A stretch of 63,992 nt of DNA, counting the filler, from an uncultured Clostridia bacterium (lineage in GTDB: Bacteria > Aerophobota > Aerophobia > Aerophobales > B3-G15), in NCBI GenBank assembly GCA_964482715.1. It is 6 parts of 4 records of this genome, joined end to end, with 100 filler letters (N's around TTAATTAATTAA, not from the genome) between each part and the next. Parts side by side here need not be neighbours in the genome. Positions count along the whole stretch, not along the records: positions 15,210 to 26,024 come from CAYZYX010000002.1; positions 26,125 to 27,323 come from CAYZYX010000002.1; positions 27,424 to 59,051 come from CAYZYX010000022.1; 3 more parts are not named here. One strand, given 5' to 3'. The first letter of the stretch is position 1; the number at the start of each line of letters is the position of its first letter. The position numbers and the translations under genes were made by a program. The notes under the pieces were generated by a model. That model saw only the letters and a program-made list of their open reading frames with translations, was not told the origin of the DNA and ran no database searches. Below, piece after piece: positions 21,298 through 31,008 of the stretch.

Positions 21298-22305
21298 TTA
21301 ACATATTCTGGGTAGTTGATCCTCAACCAGAAGGTCGAGGATTCTTTTTGTTCCAATAGTGGTTTCGAGGTATACCTTACCCCTGGGCTCAGATACCACC
21401 TCACCGATTATTCTGGTATCTTTTCCCAGAGGGTGATGATGCAGGTGAGAAAGAAGATCCAAAGATCTTTCCTTTTCAACAAAGATCAGTATTTTCCCCT
21501 CATTGGCCAGATAAAGAGGATCAAGACCCAAAAGTTCACAGACAGCAAAGGTCTCTTCTCGAACAGGTATTTCATCCTCCCAAAGTTCTATTCCAAAATC
21601 CTCTCCCTGGACAATCTCATTTAAAACACCTGCAACTCCTCCACGAGTTGCGTCACGCATGAATTTTATGCAGGTTAAAAAGCTTCTTATCTCATTTACA
21701 AGGTCAAATAGAGGTGCGCAGTCGCTTTTAGCAGGAACTTCAAATCCAAGTTCTTGACGTTGTGAAAGAACAGCAATGGCATGTTCACCAATAGACCCAT
21801 TTATCAGAATGTGGTCTCCCACTTTGATTCTTTCCGGGTCTAAGTTTGCTTCAGGTAAAACTATTCCTATTCCGCTTGTATTGATAAAAATCTCATCAGC
21901 GCTTCCCTTTTCCACCACCTTAGTATCTCCGGTTACAACAGTTACTCCCACATTTTTTGCTGTTTCCTGCAGAGAAGTAATAACTCTTTTCAGGGTGGGA
22001 ATTGGAAACCCCTCTTCTATAATTAATCCACAGGAGATAAAAAGAGGTTTTGCCCCCATAACTGTGAGATCATTAACCGTCCCTGATATAGCCAGTTTAC
22101 CTATATCACCCCCAGGGAAAAAGATGGGTTTTACCACATAAGAATCAGTTGTAAAAGCGATTTTTTTACCTTCAACCTCAACTATCGCTGAGTCTCTTAA
22201 AGGTGCAAGGTGTGGATTACTAAGAATAGGCAAAAAAATCTCTTTAATAAGCTGCCAGCTTAATTTACCTCCATTTCCATGAGCTAATCTGATTACATCT
22301 TTCAT
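21298..22305 (-). CDS. hypE: Hydrogenase maturation carbamoyl dehydratase
   Basis: LAHGNGG, FTTDSY, GDTKVV, C-terminal QLPRIC. Confidence 0.95.
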   Translation of the reverse strand: MKDVIRLAHGNGGKLSWQLIKEIFLPILSNPHLAPLRDSAIVEVEGKKIAFTTDSYVVKPIFFPGGDIGKLAISGTVNDLTVMGAKPLFISCGLIIEEGFPIPTLKRVITSLQETAKNVGVTVVTGDTKVVEKGSADEIFINTSGIGIVLPEANLDPERIKVGDHILINGSIGEHAIAVLSQRQELGFEVPAKSDCAPLFDLVNEIRSFLTCIKFMRDATRGGVAGVLNEIVQGEDFGIELWEDEIPVREETFAVCELLGLDPLYLANEGKILIFVEKERSLDLLSHLHHHPLGKDTRIIGEVVSEPRGKVYLETTIGTKRILDLLVEDQLPRIC

Positions 22306-23402
22306 ATTTTCACTTTAGAGCTAAAACGATAGTAAATATTGCAAGTTCCCTCAATTGAAACCATACAGGGACCAAGAGGTCTGGAAGGGTTACATACATC
22401 CCCAAAAAGAGGACAGTCAGGAGGTTCAATAACACCTTTTAATATCTCTCCACATCTGCAGCCTTTTTTATTGTTAGAAGAAGTTACTTTAACTGGATAA
22501 CGGGCCCTTACATCATGTTGAGAATATTCCTTTCTTATTTCCAGTCCACTTTTGTCAATAACCCCCATCCCTCTCCATATTGATGGTTCCACTCTAAAAA
22601 CTTCTTCCATCAAAGACCTGGCTTTAAGGTTACCTTCCGGTTTAACCACCCGGTCATATTCGTTTTCCACCTTAGCTTCACTTTTAGCGATCTGACAGAG
22701 CAAAAGATAAATTCCTTGAAGGATATCTACAGGTTCAAATCCCGCTACAACGCAGGGAACTCCAAATTTTCTGGCTATGAAATCGTAAACCTGACTTCCA
22801 GTGATTGCACTAACATGCCCCGGGCAGAGAAAACCGTCTATTTTCACCTCTCCTTCTTCCAGTAATGCTTCCATAGCTGGAGGAATTAACTTATGGCCTG
22901 ATAGGATCATATAGTTGGTGATTTTCTTTTTTTTAGCCAGGATGAGGGAAGTAGCCACTGTAGGAGCAGTAGTTTCAAAACCAACTCCAAGAAAAACTAC
23001 CTTCTCCTGAGGATGTAATTCGGCGATTTCCAGAGCCTCCATGGTGGAATAAACTACCTTAATTTTACCTCCTTTTGCTTTTTCCTGGACAAGAGAAGAT
23101 CTTGACCCGGGAACTCTCATCATGTCGCCAAAAGTTGTTACTAAAAACCCCTCTTTTGCATAGGTACAGGCTTCATCTATGTACTGGTTGGGAGTAACAC
23201 AAACAGGACAACCAGGACCGGAGATAAGTTTTATCCAGGGAGGCAGAAGCTCCTTTATTCCATATCGGAGAATGGCCATAGCATGAGTTCCACATACCTC
23301 CATCAGTCTAATCTCTCTTTTTATTTTGCTGGCAACCTTAGCTATCCTGCCAGAGAGTCTGTTCACAAGGTTTTTTTCTCTAAATTCAGAGATATATTTC
23401 AT
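22302..23402 (-). CDS. hypD: Hydrogenase maturation protein HypD
   Basis: MEVCGTH, GPGCPVC, GFETT, PGHVS, GPCMVSIEGTC. Confidence 0.96.
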   Translation of the reverse strand: MKYISEFREKNLVNRLSGRIAKVASKIKREIRLMEVCGTHAMAILRYGIKELLPPWIKLISGPGCPVCVTPNQYIDEACTYAKEGFLVTTFGDMMRVPGSRSSLVQEKAKGGKIKVVYSTMEALEIAELHPQEKVVFLGVGFETTAPTVATSLILAKKKKITNYMILSGHKLIPPAMEALLEEGEVKIDGFLCPGHVSAITGSQVYDFIARKFGVPCVVAGFEPVDILQGIYLLLCQIAKSEAKVENEYDRVVKPEGNLKARSLMEEVFRVEPSIWRGMGVIDKSGLEIRKEYSQHDVRARYPVKVTSSNNKKGCRCGEILKGVIEPPDCPLFGDVCNPSRPLGPCMVSIEGTCNIYYRFSSKVKI

Positions 23403-23617
23403 GGGTTAGCATCCATCTGAGATAAAAGATTTAAAAGCTCCTCTGCCTCCTTTTCTTCCACCTTGCTTATGGCAAATCCTGCATGTAGAAGTACGTAATC
23501 TCCCACCTTTACATCAGATAAAAGAAAAAGGTTGATTTTTCTTTTTACCCCACCCATCTCAACCCAACCAATCTCTCCTTCAATTTTGGTTAATTTGACA
23601 GGAATGGCGAGACACAT
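23399..23617 (-). CDS. hypC: Hydrogenase maturation chaperone HypC
   Basis: MCLAIP N-terminus, GDYVLLHAGFA. Confidence 0.95.
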   Translation of the reverse strand: MCLAIPVKLTKIEGEIGWVEMGGVKRKINLFLLSDVKVGDYVLLHAGFAISKVEEKEAEELLNLLSQMDANP

Positions 23618-23620
23618 ACT

Positions 23621-25939
23621 TTAGCTCCCTTCACTCTCAAACCTGTGATAACCTACCACAGCTTGCCCAAGTGAAATTCCTCCATCATTAACAGGTATAA
23701 TCCCTGGAGGTATTACTTCAAAATCGCTGTTTTGCAACAAAGACATAGTTTGTTTTAAAAGCAGGTTATTTTGAAAAACTCCACCAGCCAGAACGACTTT
23801 GTTTAATTTTTGTTTTTTTCTTATAAGCTCACACATTTTGAGAATAATTTGAGCCAGAGTCCAGTGAAATTCTGTAGCGATCAGCTTTTTACTTTCCCCC
23901 TGTAATTTTTTTTCAACAATTGTTTTTACAAGAGGTAGCATATCCACAACAAAAGTCCCTTCTTTTTCGATTATTTTAAAAGGATAGAAGCTGGTCCTTT
24001 GATCCCGGGAGAGCATCTCCAGCTCTATGGCTGCCTGTCCTTCATAATTTATTGTTTCTCTCAATCCTAAAATAGTTGAAACTGCATCAAAAAGTCTTCC
24101 AGCTGAGGAGGTGAGGGGACTGTTCACTTTTCTTTTAATTAGATTTGTAATTATAGTTATCTTTTTACCTCTTTCAGGAAAAAGTTTTTGAGCTATCCGC
24201 TCACACTTATCTCCATAAATCTCATAAAGATATGATAAACCAACTCTCCAGGGTTCTCTTATAGCTTTCGTTCCTCCGGGAAGATGTATATACCTGAGGT
24301 GACCCGCTCTTTCAAATCCCCGGTAATCTGCTACAAGAAATTCCCCACCCCACAAGGTTCCATCAGTTCCAAGACCACTGCCATCAAAAACAACCCCTAT
24401 TACTCTTTCTTTAATACCATTTCCAGCCAGGACGCTTATTATGTGGGCGTGATGATGTTGGACGGAGATCAAGGGGAGTTTCTTCTTTTTGGCGTATTCT
24501 CTTGCCAGATTGGTAGAAGCATAGTTGGGATGAAGGTCACAACATACAATTTCCGGATCAAGATGGAAAATTTTCTTATAGTGAGCAATTCCTTCCTCAA
24601 GAGATAAAACAGCGGCAAGATTTTCCAGATCCCCGATATGATGAGAGAGGAAAGCGTAACCTTTTTTCAAAAAACAGAAGGTATTTTTTAAATGCCCTCC
24701 AAAGGCAAGTACACATTTTTTGACTTGAAAGTTCAATTTTAGAGGTTGAGGAGCATAACCTCGACTCCTGCGTAGAAGAATAGCCTTTCCATTTACCACC
24801 TTTCCCACCGAATCATCAACTCTGATTCGTATTTCTCTGTTATGAACCAGAAAGAAATCAGCAATTTTCCTGAGGCGTCTAAAAGCATCTTCGTCCTGAT
24901 AGGCGATAGGCTCTTCACTGATATTCCCGCTGGTCATAATCAAGGGTATTTTTACTTCTTTTAGCAAAAGATAGTGTAGCGGCGTATAAGGTAGCATTAC
25001 CCCAAGATACCTGTTTCCGGGAGCTATTTCTTGAGGAAGAGAATCGTTTTTTCGACGAAGAAGGATAATGGGTCTGCGAGAAGAAGAAAGTAATCTTTCC
25101 TCTACAGGATTTACCTGACAGAACCTTTTTACCTGTTTTAAATCAAGCATCATTAAGGCAAATGGTTTGTCAATCCGGTTTTTTCTTTCTCTTAGCTGTT
25201 TGATTACCGATGGGTTTGTAGCATCACAAGCTAAGTGATAACCCCCTATACCTTTTATGGCAACTATTTTTCCCTTTCTTATAAGTTCTGCTGCCAGTAC
25301 AATAGGGTCTGAAGCAACAATTTTTTTGCCATCTTTGTTTAAAAGTTCCACCTGAGGTCCACATTTCCAGCAGGCATTTGGTTGAGCATGAAATCGGCGG
25401 TTGGAGGGATCGTGGTATTCAGATTCACATTCAGGACACATTTTGAATTTACTCATGGTGGTGTTCTTTCGATCGTAGGGGATGTCCTTTATTATGGTAA
25501 AACGAGGACCACAATTGGTGCAGTTAATAAAAGGGTAGCGATAACGTCTATCCTTGGGGTTAAAAAGCTCCTTTAAACAATCCTCACAAATGGAAATGTC
25601 TGGAGAGAGGGGTAAGAATTTTTCTTTTTCCTCCTGACTTGATTTAATTTCAAAACCTCTATATCCAATTAAAGGTAAGTTTTTCCACTTTATTTTTTCA
25701 ATCAGGGCAAGAGGAGGGGCATTAGTTTCAATTTCCTTTAAGAATAACCCAATACTCCTTTTGTCTCCTTCTACTTCTATGCTCACTCCTTTTGTATCAT
25801 TAAGCACGTATCCAGACAGATTGTGCTTTGATGCCAGATTATACACAAAAGGACGAAAACCGACTCCCTGGACTATTCCTTCAATCTTGATAGCAACTCT
25901 CACCTGTATTTTTTTGAGGTTATTTAGCTTGGTTTTCAT
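23621..25939 (-). CDS. hypF: Carbamoyltransferase HypF
   Basis: GIVQGVGFRP acylphosphatase domain, CxxC zinc fingers, QHHHAH, NDGGISLGQ. Confidence 0.96.
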   Translation of the reverse strand: MKTKLNNLKKIQVRVAIKIEGIVQGVGFRPFVYNLASKHNLSGYVLNDTKGVSIEVEGDKRSIGLFLKEIETNAPPLALIEKIKWKNLPLIGYRGFEIKSSQEEKEKFLPLSPDISICEDCLKELFNPKDRRYRYPFINCTNCGPRFTIIKDIPYDRKNTTMSKFKMCPECESEYHDPSNRRFHAQPNACWKCGPQVELLNKDGKKIVASDPIVLAAELIRKGKIVAIKGIGGYHLACDATNPSVIKQLRERKNRIDKPFALMMLDLKQVKRFCQVNPVEERLLSSSRRPIILLRRKNDSLPQEIAPGNRYLGVMLPYTPLHYLLLKEVKIPLIMTSGNISEEPIAYQDEDAFRRLRKIADFFLVHNREIRIRVDDSVGKVVNGKAILLRRSRGYAPQPLKLNFQVKKCVLAFGGHLKNTFCFLKKGYAFLSHHIGDLENLAAVLSLEEGIAHYKKIFHLDPEIVCCDLHPNYASTNLAREYAKKKKLPLISVQHHHAHIISVLAGNGIKERVIGVVFDGSGLGTDGTLWGGEFLVADYRGFERAGHLRYIHLPGGTKAIREPWRVGLSYLYEIYGDKCERIAQKLFPERGKKITIITNLIKRKVNSPLTSSAGRLFDAVSTILGLRETINYEGQAAIELEMLSRDQRTSFYPFKIIEKEGTFVVDMLPLVKTIVEKKLQGESKKLIATEFHWTLAQIILKMCELIRKKQKLNKVVLAGGVFQNNLLLKQTMSLLQNSDFEVIPPGIIPVNDGGISLGQAVVGYHRFESEGS

Positions 25940-25945
25940 TGGGAT

Positions 25946-26024
25946 TTAGACTGTTAAAAGTTCGTCTATTAAATGATTTAGGGTTAACTCCACTTCCTTA
26001 CTCAAACCATCACCCCACTTTATA
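25946..26024 (-). CDS. C-terminal fragment of a probable hydrogenase maturation protease (HyaD/HycI family); not in ORF track
   Basis: Translates IKWGDGLSKEVELTLNHLIDELLTV*, matching the G-x-x-L-S-x-x-V C-terminal motif; stop lies 6 bp before hypF. Confidence 0.6.
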
Positions 26025-26124
26025 NNNNNNNNNNNNNNNNNNNNNNNNNNNNNNNNNNNNNNNNNNNNTTAATTAATTAANNNNNNNNNNNNNNNNNNNN
26101 NNNNNNNNNNNNNNNNNNNNNNNN
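26025..26124. other. Artificial contig linker
   Basis: N run with TTAATTAATTAA. Confidence 0.99.
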
Positions 26125-26794
26125 CAATCTTGCTGATAATACTTTGCAGTTCTGGTTGTTGGTTGGCCATGAGAATATAGACGATCATGAGTTTTCTCAT
26201 TATCCTGTACTGCAAATTCAGTTGAGAGATGTTGTAGATATCATACAGGTCTCTTGCGTACAATCTTTCCACCACGGCCTTGGTCTTCATCGCACCCAGC
26301 TCCTCTGGTTGGTAAGTCTTTACTTTGAACCTTTGAATATCTTCAAAGAAATGGCGGAAAGTCTTTTGAACAGGGGCAATAACTGGAACCCTTTCCAGGT
26401 AATTTATTTCAATTCTTATGCTCTCCTGCAATCCCCGTAAGCTCCTGTATCTGATGAGAAACCGGTCAAGGATGTAGGAGGAGGATTTTCTGAAGGTGTA
26501 GAATCCCAGATTATCAGCTATTACTTTTATACCCCTGGTAACAGCTGGTCTCAACTCAAGCATTTTGTCCTTTTCTACAGCACCAATGAAATTGAAATCC
26601 AAATCCACAGAGAGTCTTGGAATATTGAGATAGATAAAATTGAGGGCTGTTCCTCCTTTGAGAGCAAGGTTTTCCTTGAGATTTCTGTCAGAATAGATGG
26701 CTGCAAGTATGCGGGTAAGCTGATATACCTTTTCAATGAATCCTGGATTGAATCCGGTATCCCTTTGGAGTTTTTGAAGCTCTCGCAGATCCAT
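26125..26794 (-). CDS. AbiEii/AbiGii-family nucleotidyltransferase toxin (type IV TA), C-terminus truncated
   Basis: LKGGTALN, RLSVDLDF, K...R...RDLYD motifs. Confidence 0.88.
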
Positions 26795-27323
26795 TATCCC
26801 ACCTCGATCACTTTTTCCAGCCGCTCATCAACTATTATCCGCCATTTTTTGTTGAACTTACCCTTTTTTTTCTCGAAATAGTAGATGTTATTAGAGAGTC
26901 TTTTCTGCAGGTTCTTTAAGAAAGAATCCGGAGTGTTTACCTGGTCTCTCAAAAGATCAAACAGGTATCCGAGGCGATTGATCAGAATCTTCTCTTCCAT
27001 TTTATCAATATAGGTGAGAAGTTTTTGCCAGTTAAGTTTTTCCACACCCAGTATACAGCGAAAGACTTCCTCATACCCACCGGCGTACTCTGGCCTGTCC
27101 ACAACATCCACAACTGTTCGTTCAAGGTCGGATACGATAACCTTCTTATTCTCGTACTTTATCTCACAGAATCCGAAGAACCTTTTTGGGGTGAGGGTCA
27201 CTGGATGAATTATATTCCCGTGATAGTTTATCTTCGGGATTGGCCTGGTGGTGGAGATGTAAAAGGTTCTCGTGTACTGCTGGGCAAGACCGTGGAGAGA
27301 AAGGGCAGTGTAGTAGGAGAAAA
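26794..27323 (-). CDS. AbiEi-family antitoxin/transcriptional regulator, N-terminus truncated
   Basis: Frame open from the gap: SYYTALSLHGLAQQ...SDLERTVVD...RLGYL; stop overlaps the toxin start. Confidence 0.85.
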
Positions 27324-27423
27324 NNNNNNNNNNNNNNNNNNNNNNNNNNNNNNNNNNNNNNNNNNNNTTAATTAATTAANNNNNNNNNNNNNNNNNNNNN
27401 NNNNNNNNNNNNNNNNNNNNNNN
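27324..27423. other. Artificial contig linker
   Basis: N run with TTAATTAATTAA. Confidence 0.99.
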
Positions 27424-27431
27424 TTTTTCTC

Positions 27432-27459
27432 TTGAACAAAAACTTATTTCTGTTATAAT
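27432..27459 (+). promoter_or_regulatory. sigma70-type promoter for the thrC operon
   Basis: TTGAAC-N16-TATAAT with TGn extended -10. Confidence 0.6.
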
Positions 27460-27509
27460 TATACTCCTTAAACTGGCTGGCAAATATAAAATTATAAGGA
27501 AAAAGTAAA

Positions 27510-28580
27510 TTGCATTGGGAAGGTGTTATCCGACACTACTTTGACTATCTTCCGGTAACAGAGAGGACCCCTGTGGTTACCTTGCTCGAGGGGAATACCC
27601 CTTTAATTTTTGCACGGAATATTTCGGCTCGATTGGGGAAAAATATAAGAATCTATCTTAAATACGAGGGACTAAATCCTACAGCTTCTTTTAAAGATAG
27701 AGGAATGACTGTAGCAGTAAGCTGTGCACTGGAAAGAGGAGCTAAAGCTATAATGTGTGCCTCAACTGGCAATACTTCAGCTTCAGCAGCTGCTTATGCG
27801 GCAGTTTCAGGTCTTGAGTGTATAGTGGTAATACCTGAAGGAGCTATAGCACTGGGGAAGTTATCCCAGGCTCTTTTACATGGAGCAAAAGTTGTAGCTA
27901 TTAAAGGTAATTTTGATGATGCTCTTGGTGTAGTTCGGGAGATTACTTCCTCCTATCCCATTGCTCTGGTTAATTCCTTGAACCCTGACCGAATTGAAGG
28001 TCAAAAGACCGCCGCCTTTGAAATATGTGATGTTTTGGGTCGAGCTCCTGATTTTCAAGCTATGCCAGTTGGAAATGCGGGTAATATCACGGCTTACTGG
28101 AAGGGATATCAGGAGTATTATAATCTGGGCAAAATAGATTCTTTGCCAAAAATACTTGGTTTTCAGGCGGCAGGAGCTGCCCCCATAGTTGAAGGGTATC
28201 CTATTAAAAAACCCCGGACAATCGCAACCGCTATAAGGATAGGTAATCCTGCTCGATGGGAAGAGGCGGTCACAGCAGCTGAAGAGTCGGGGGGATTAAT
28301 TGAAAAAGTGACTGATGAACAGATTATTGAAGCTTATAAAATGCTGGCCCGAGAACAGGGGATTTTTGTCGAACCTGCTTCAGCAGCATCACTTGCTGGT
28401 GTATTAAAACTCAAAAAAGCCGGGTTTTTCGATAAATATGGGGAGATTAATGTAGTCTTAATACTTACCGGTCATGGACTTAAAGATCCAGAGAGAGCGA
28501 TTAAAGAATCGTCTTCACCTCCAGTAGTTCCTCCTGAGGTAAGCGCTGTTCTTGAGGCAGCAGAATTTAAAGGAGTTTGA
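27510..28580 (+). CDS. thrC: Threonine synthase
   Basis: EGLNPTASFKDRG, CASTGNTSAS, PVGNAGN, EPASAA, TGHGLKD; TTG start. Confidence 0.93.
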   Translation: MHWEGVIRHYFDYLPVTERTPVVTLLEGNTPLIFARNISARLGKNIRIYLKYEGLNPTASFKDRGMTVAVSCALERGAKAIMCASTGNTSASAAAYAAVSGLECIVVIPEGAIALGKLSQALLHGAKVVAIKGNFDDALGVVREITSSYPIALVNSLNPDRIEGQKTAAFEICDVLGRAPDFQAMPVGNAGNITAYWKGYQEYYNLGKIDSLPKILGFQAAGAAPIVEGYPIKKPRTIATAIRIGNPARWEEAVTAAEESGGLIEKVTDEQIIEAYKMLAREQGIFVEPASAASLAGVLKLKKAGFFDKYGEINVVLILTGHGLKDPERAIKESSSPPVVPPEVSAVLEAAEFKGV

Positions 28581-29725
28581 ATTTGGAGTTAAATAAAATG
28601 GTTAACTTATCTTGTCTTGCTCCACTAAGGTACCTGCAAGGGAAAAATCTCCTTTCCAGGTTGGGTGAGTTTTTAAAAGAGATTGGTGAGAATCCTGTTT
28701 TTTTGGCTGATAAAGTTGTTACTTCCATAATAAAAGATAGAGTGGAAGAAAGTCTCTACAAGAGTGGTTTTTTGCTCAAATTTATCACCTTTAGAGGGGA
28801 ATGTTGTGAGCCCGAGATTGAGAGGGTCACAGAGCAGGTGAAGAAAGAAAAAGTTGATCTGATAGTTGGTTGTGGAGGGGGAAAAACTATCGATACTGCA
28901 AGGGCAGCAGCTCGGTTTGCTGGAGTGTCTCTTGTTGCTATCCCGACCAGCGCTGCAACCTGTTCTGCCTGGTCTTCTACCTGTCCTCTTTACGCTCCAG
29001 AAGGAGAATATCTGCGAACTCTTGAACTTAACAAAAACCCCGAACTTGTTTTAGTTGACTCTCAGGTAATAGCCTCTGCTCCTGTTAGATTGCTTTCTTC
29101 AGGAATGGGTGATTCACTGGCCAAATGGTATGAAGGAGAGGTTACCTCTCGAGGAAAAGAAAAGGATCCTTCTGTAAATGTTGCCCTTTGTCTATCACAA
29201 AAGTTACGGGAAATAATTGAAGAAAATGGACCTCAAGCAAAAATTGATACAGAAAGAAAAATTTGTTCTCCAGAAGTTGAAAGAATAATCCATGCAAATA
29301 TAGTCTTAGCTGGGCTTATTGGAAGGTTAGGGGGAAAGAGTTTTCGCTCAGCGGCTGCTCATGCTTTTAATTACTCTTTGACAAGCATTTCCCCCACAGG
29401 GTCTTTCCTGCACGGTGAAGGTGTTGCTGTAGGGATTTTAGTTCAGTTTTTATTGCAGGGGAAAAGTGAAGAAGAATTTTTTAAATTAGTTCATTTTTAC
29501 AGGAAAATTGGTTTGCCATGTAGCCTGGAAGAACTCGGGATTCATTTAAAAGATGAAGATATAGAAAAAATTTCGGAGAGATTTTTTAAACCAGGTTCTT
29601 CTGTTTATAATTTACCTTTTTCAGTTGATGTAAAAATGTTTAGAGAAGCTATTTTTGAGGTTAACAATCTTGTTAAAATCTTCTCAAGAAGGAGTAAATT
29701 TGATGACTCAATTATTGCAAGCTAA
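28577..29725 (+). CDS. Iron-containing alcohol dehydrogenase family protein (glycerol dehydrogenase/HcxA-YbdH-like)
   Basis: GCGGGKTID, PTSAATC, GMGDSLAKWYE, AAAHA and LHGE motifs. Confidence 0.82.
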   Translation: MNLELNKMVNLSCLAPLRYLQGKNLLSRLGEFLKEIGENPVFLADKVVTSIIKDRVEESLYKSGFLLKFITFRGECCEPEIERVTEQVKKEKVDLIVGCGGGKTIDTARAAARFAGVSLVAIPTSAATCSAWSSTCPLYAPEGEYLRTLELNKNPELVLVDSQVIASAPVRLLSSGMGDSLAKWYEGEVTSRGKEKDPSVNVALCLSQKLREIIEENGPQAKIDTERKICSPEVERIIHANIVLAGLIGRLGGKSFRSAAAHAFNYSLTSISPTGSFLHGEGVAVGILVQFLLQGKSEEEFFKLVHFYRKIGLPCSLEELGIHLKDEDIEKISERFFKPGSSVYNLPFSVDVKMFREAIFEVNNLVKIFSRRSKFDDSIIAS

Positions 29726-31007
29726 GAAGGGGATAGTTACCCCTGAAATGCGAGAAGTCTGTGCCACCGAAAAAATCAGAGAGGAAGATTTAATTGAAAG
29801 AATATCCAGAGGAGAGGTAGTTATTCCTAAGAACGTTCTGCGTTCCAGGGTTGCAGTAAAAGGAATAGGCAAGGGGTTAAGGACCAAAGTAAATACTAAC
29901 ATAGGAACCTCACCTGATCTTGTAGATCTTGATCTGGAAATGGCTAAGCTTAAGGTGGCTGAGAAAGCCGGGACCGATACAATCATGGATCTTAGTACCG
30001 GGGGCGATTTGAACAAGATACGAAGAACCATACTTGCCTCCACAAACCTTCCTTTGGGGACAGTTCCAATATATCAAGCAGCAGTAGAAACAATTGCCGA
30101 AAGGGGAAGCATAACCAGAATGGACCCGGAAAAGATATTTGAAGTTATCCATCGGCAGGCTGAAGATGGAGTTGATTTTATGACTGTTCACTGCGGATTA
30201 ACTCAATCCAGTCTGGAAAGGTTAAGAAAGGAAGGAAGGGTAGGGGATATAGTTAGTAGAGGTGGTGCTTTCTTAACTTGCTGGATGATTGCCAATGAGA
30301 AAGAGAATCCCTTATATACACAGTTTGATCGCTTACTGGAGATTGCCAGAAAATACGATGTTACCCTCAGTTTGGGTGATGGATTAAGGCCAGGATGTAT
30401 TGCTGACTCAACTGATAGAGCCCAGATTCAAGAGTTGATAATTTTGGGAGAACTGGCCAAATATGCCCTGGAATACGGGGTTCAGGTAATGATTGAAGGC
30501 CCGGGTCATATACCTTTAAAAGATATCGAGGCTAATATTTTGCTTGAAAAAAAACTCTGTCACAATGCACCTTTTTATGTTCTGGGTCCGGTGGTGACAG
30601 ATATTGCTCCTGGATATGACCATATAACTTCGGCTATAGGGGGAGCTGTGGCAGCAAGTGCTGGAGCTGACTTTTTATGTTATGTTACTCCAGCTGAGCA
30701 CCTGAGACTGCCCTCACTGGAAGATGTAAAAGAGGGGGTCATTGCTACCAGAATAGCTGCTCATGTTGGAGACATCAGCAAAGGCGTAAAAGAAGCTCTG
30801 GAGTGGGATTTAAAGATGTCAAAAAACAGAAGAAGAAGAAACTGGAAAAAACAGATAGAATTATCAATTAATCCAGAAAAAGCCTGCAAGCTACGAGAAA
30901 AAAGTAAACCAGAAACTGATGATGTTTGTACAATGTGTGGAGAGTATTGTGCTATAAAACTTATAGATAAAGCTTTACATGGGGAAAAACCTCTTACTCT
31001 GGCATAG
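29703..31007 (+). CDS. thiC: Phosphomethylpyrimidine synthase ThiC (short anaerobic type; a Bza paralogue is not excluded)
   Basis: MTQL start at 29703, TKVNTNIGTS, DLSTGG, SRGG, EGPGH, C-terminal CTMCGEYC. Confidence 0.85.
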   Translation: MTQLLQAKKGIVTPEMREVCATEKIREEDLIERISRGEVVIPKNVLRSRVAVKGIGKGLRTKVNTNIGTSPDLVDLDLEMAKLKVAEKAGTDTIMDLSTGGDLNKIRRTILASTNLPLGTVPIYQAAVETIAERGSITRMDPEKIFEVIHRQAEDGVDFMTVHCGLTQSSLERLRKEGRVGDIVSRGGAFLTCWMIANEKENPLYTQFDRLLEIARKYDVTLSLGDGLRPGCIADSTDRAQIQELIILGELAKYALEYGVQVMIEGPGHIPLKDIEANILLEKKLCHNAPFYVLGPVVTDIAPGYDHITSAIGGAVAASAGADFLCYVTPAEHLRLPSLEDVKEGVIATRIAAHVGDISKGVKEALEWDLKMSKNRRRRNWKKQIELSINPEKACKLREKSKPETDDVCTMCGEYCAIKLIDKALHGEKPLTLA

Positions 31008-31008
31008 A

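Noticed and set aside
10222-26024. Apparent nikR-hyp nickel cluster
   Set aside because: The genes lie on different contigs separated by a linker, so proximity is uninformative.
27424-29703. TPP riboswitch or thr attenuator/T-box
   Set aside because: Leader is only ~50 nt and thiC overlaps the previous gene; no such motif visible.
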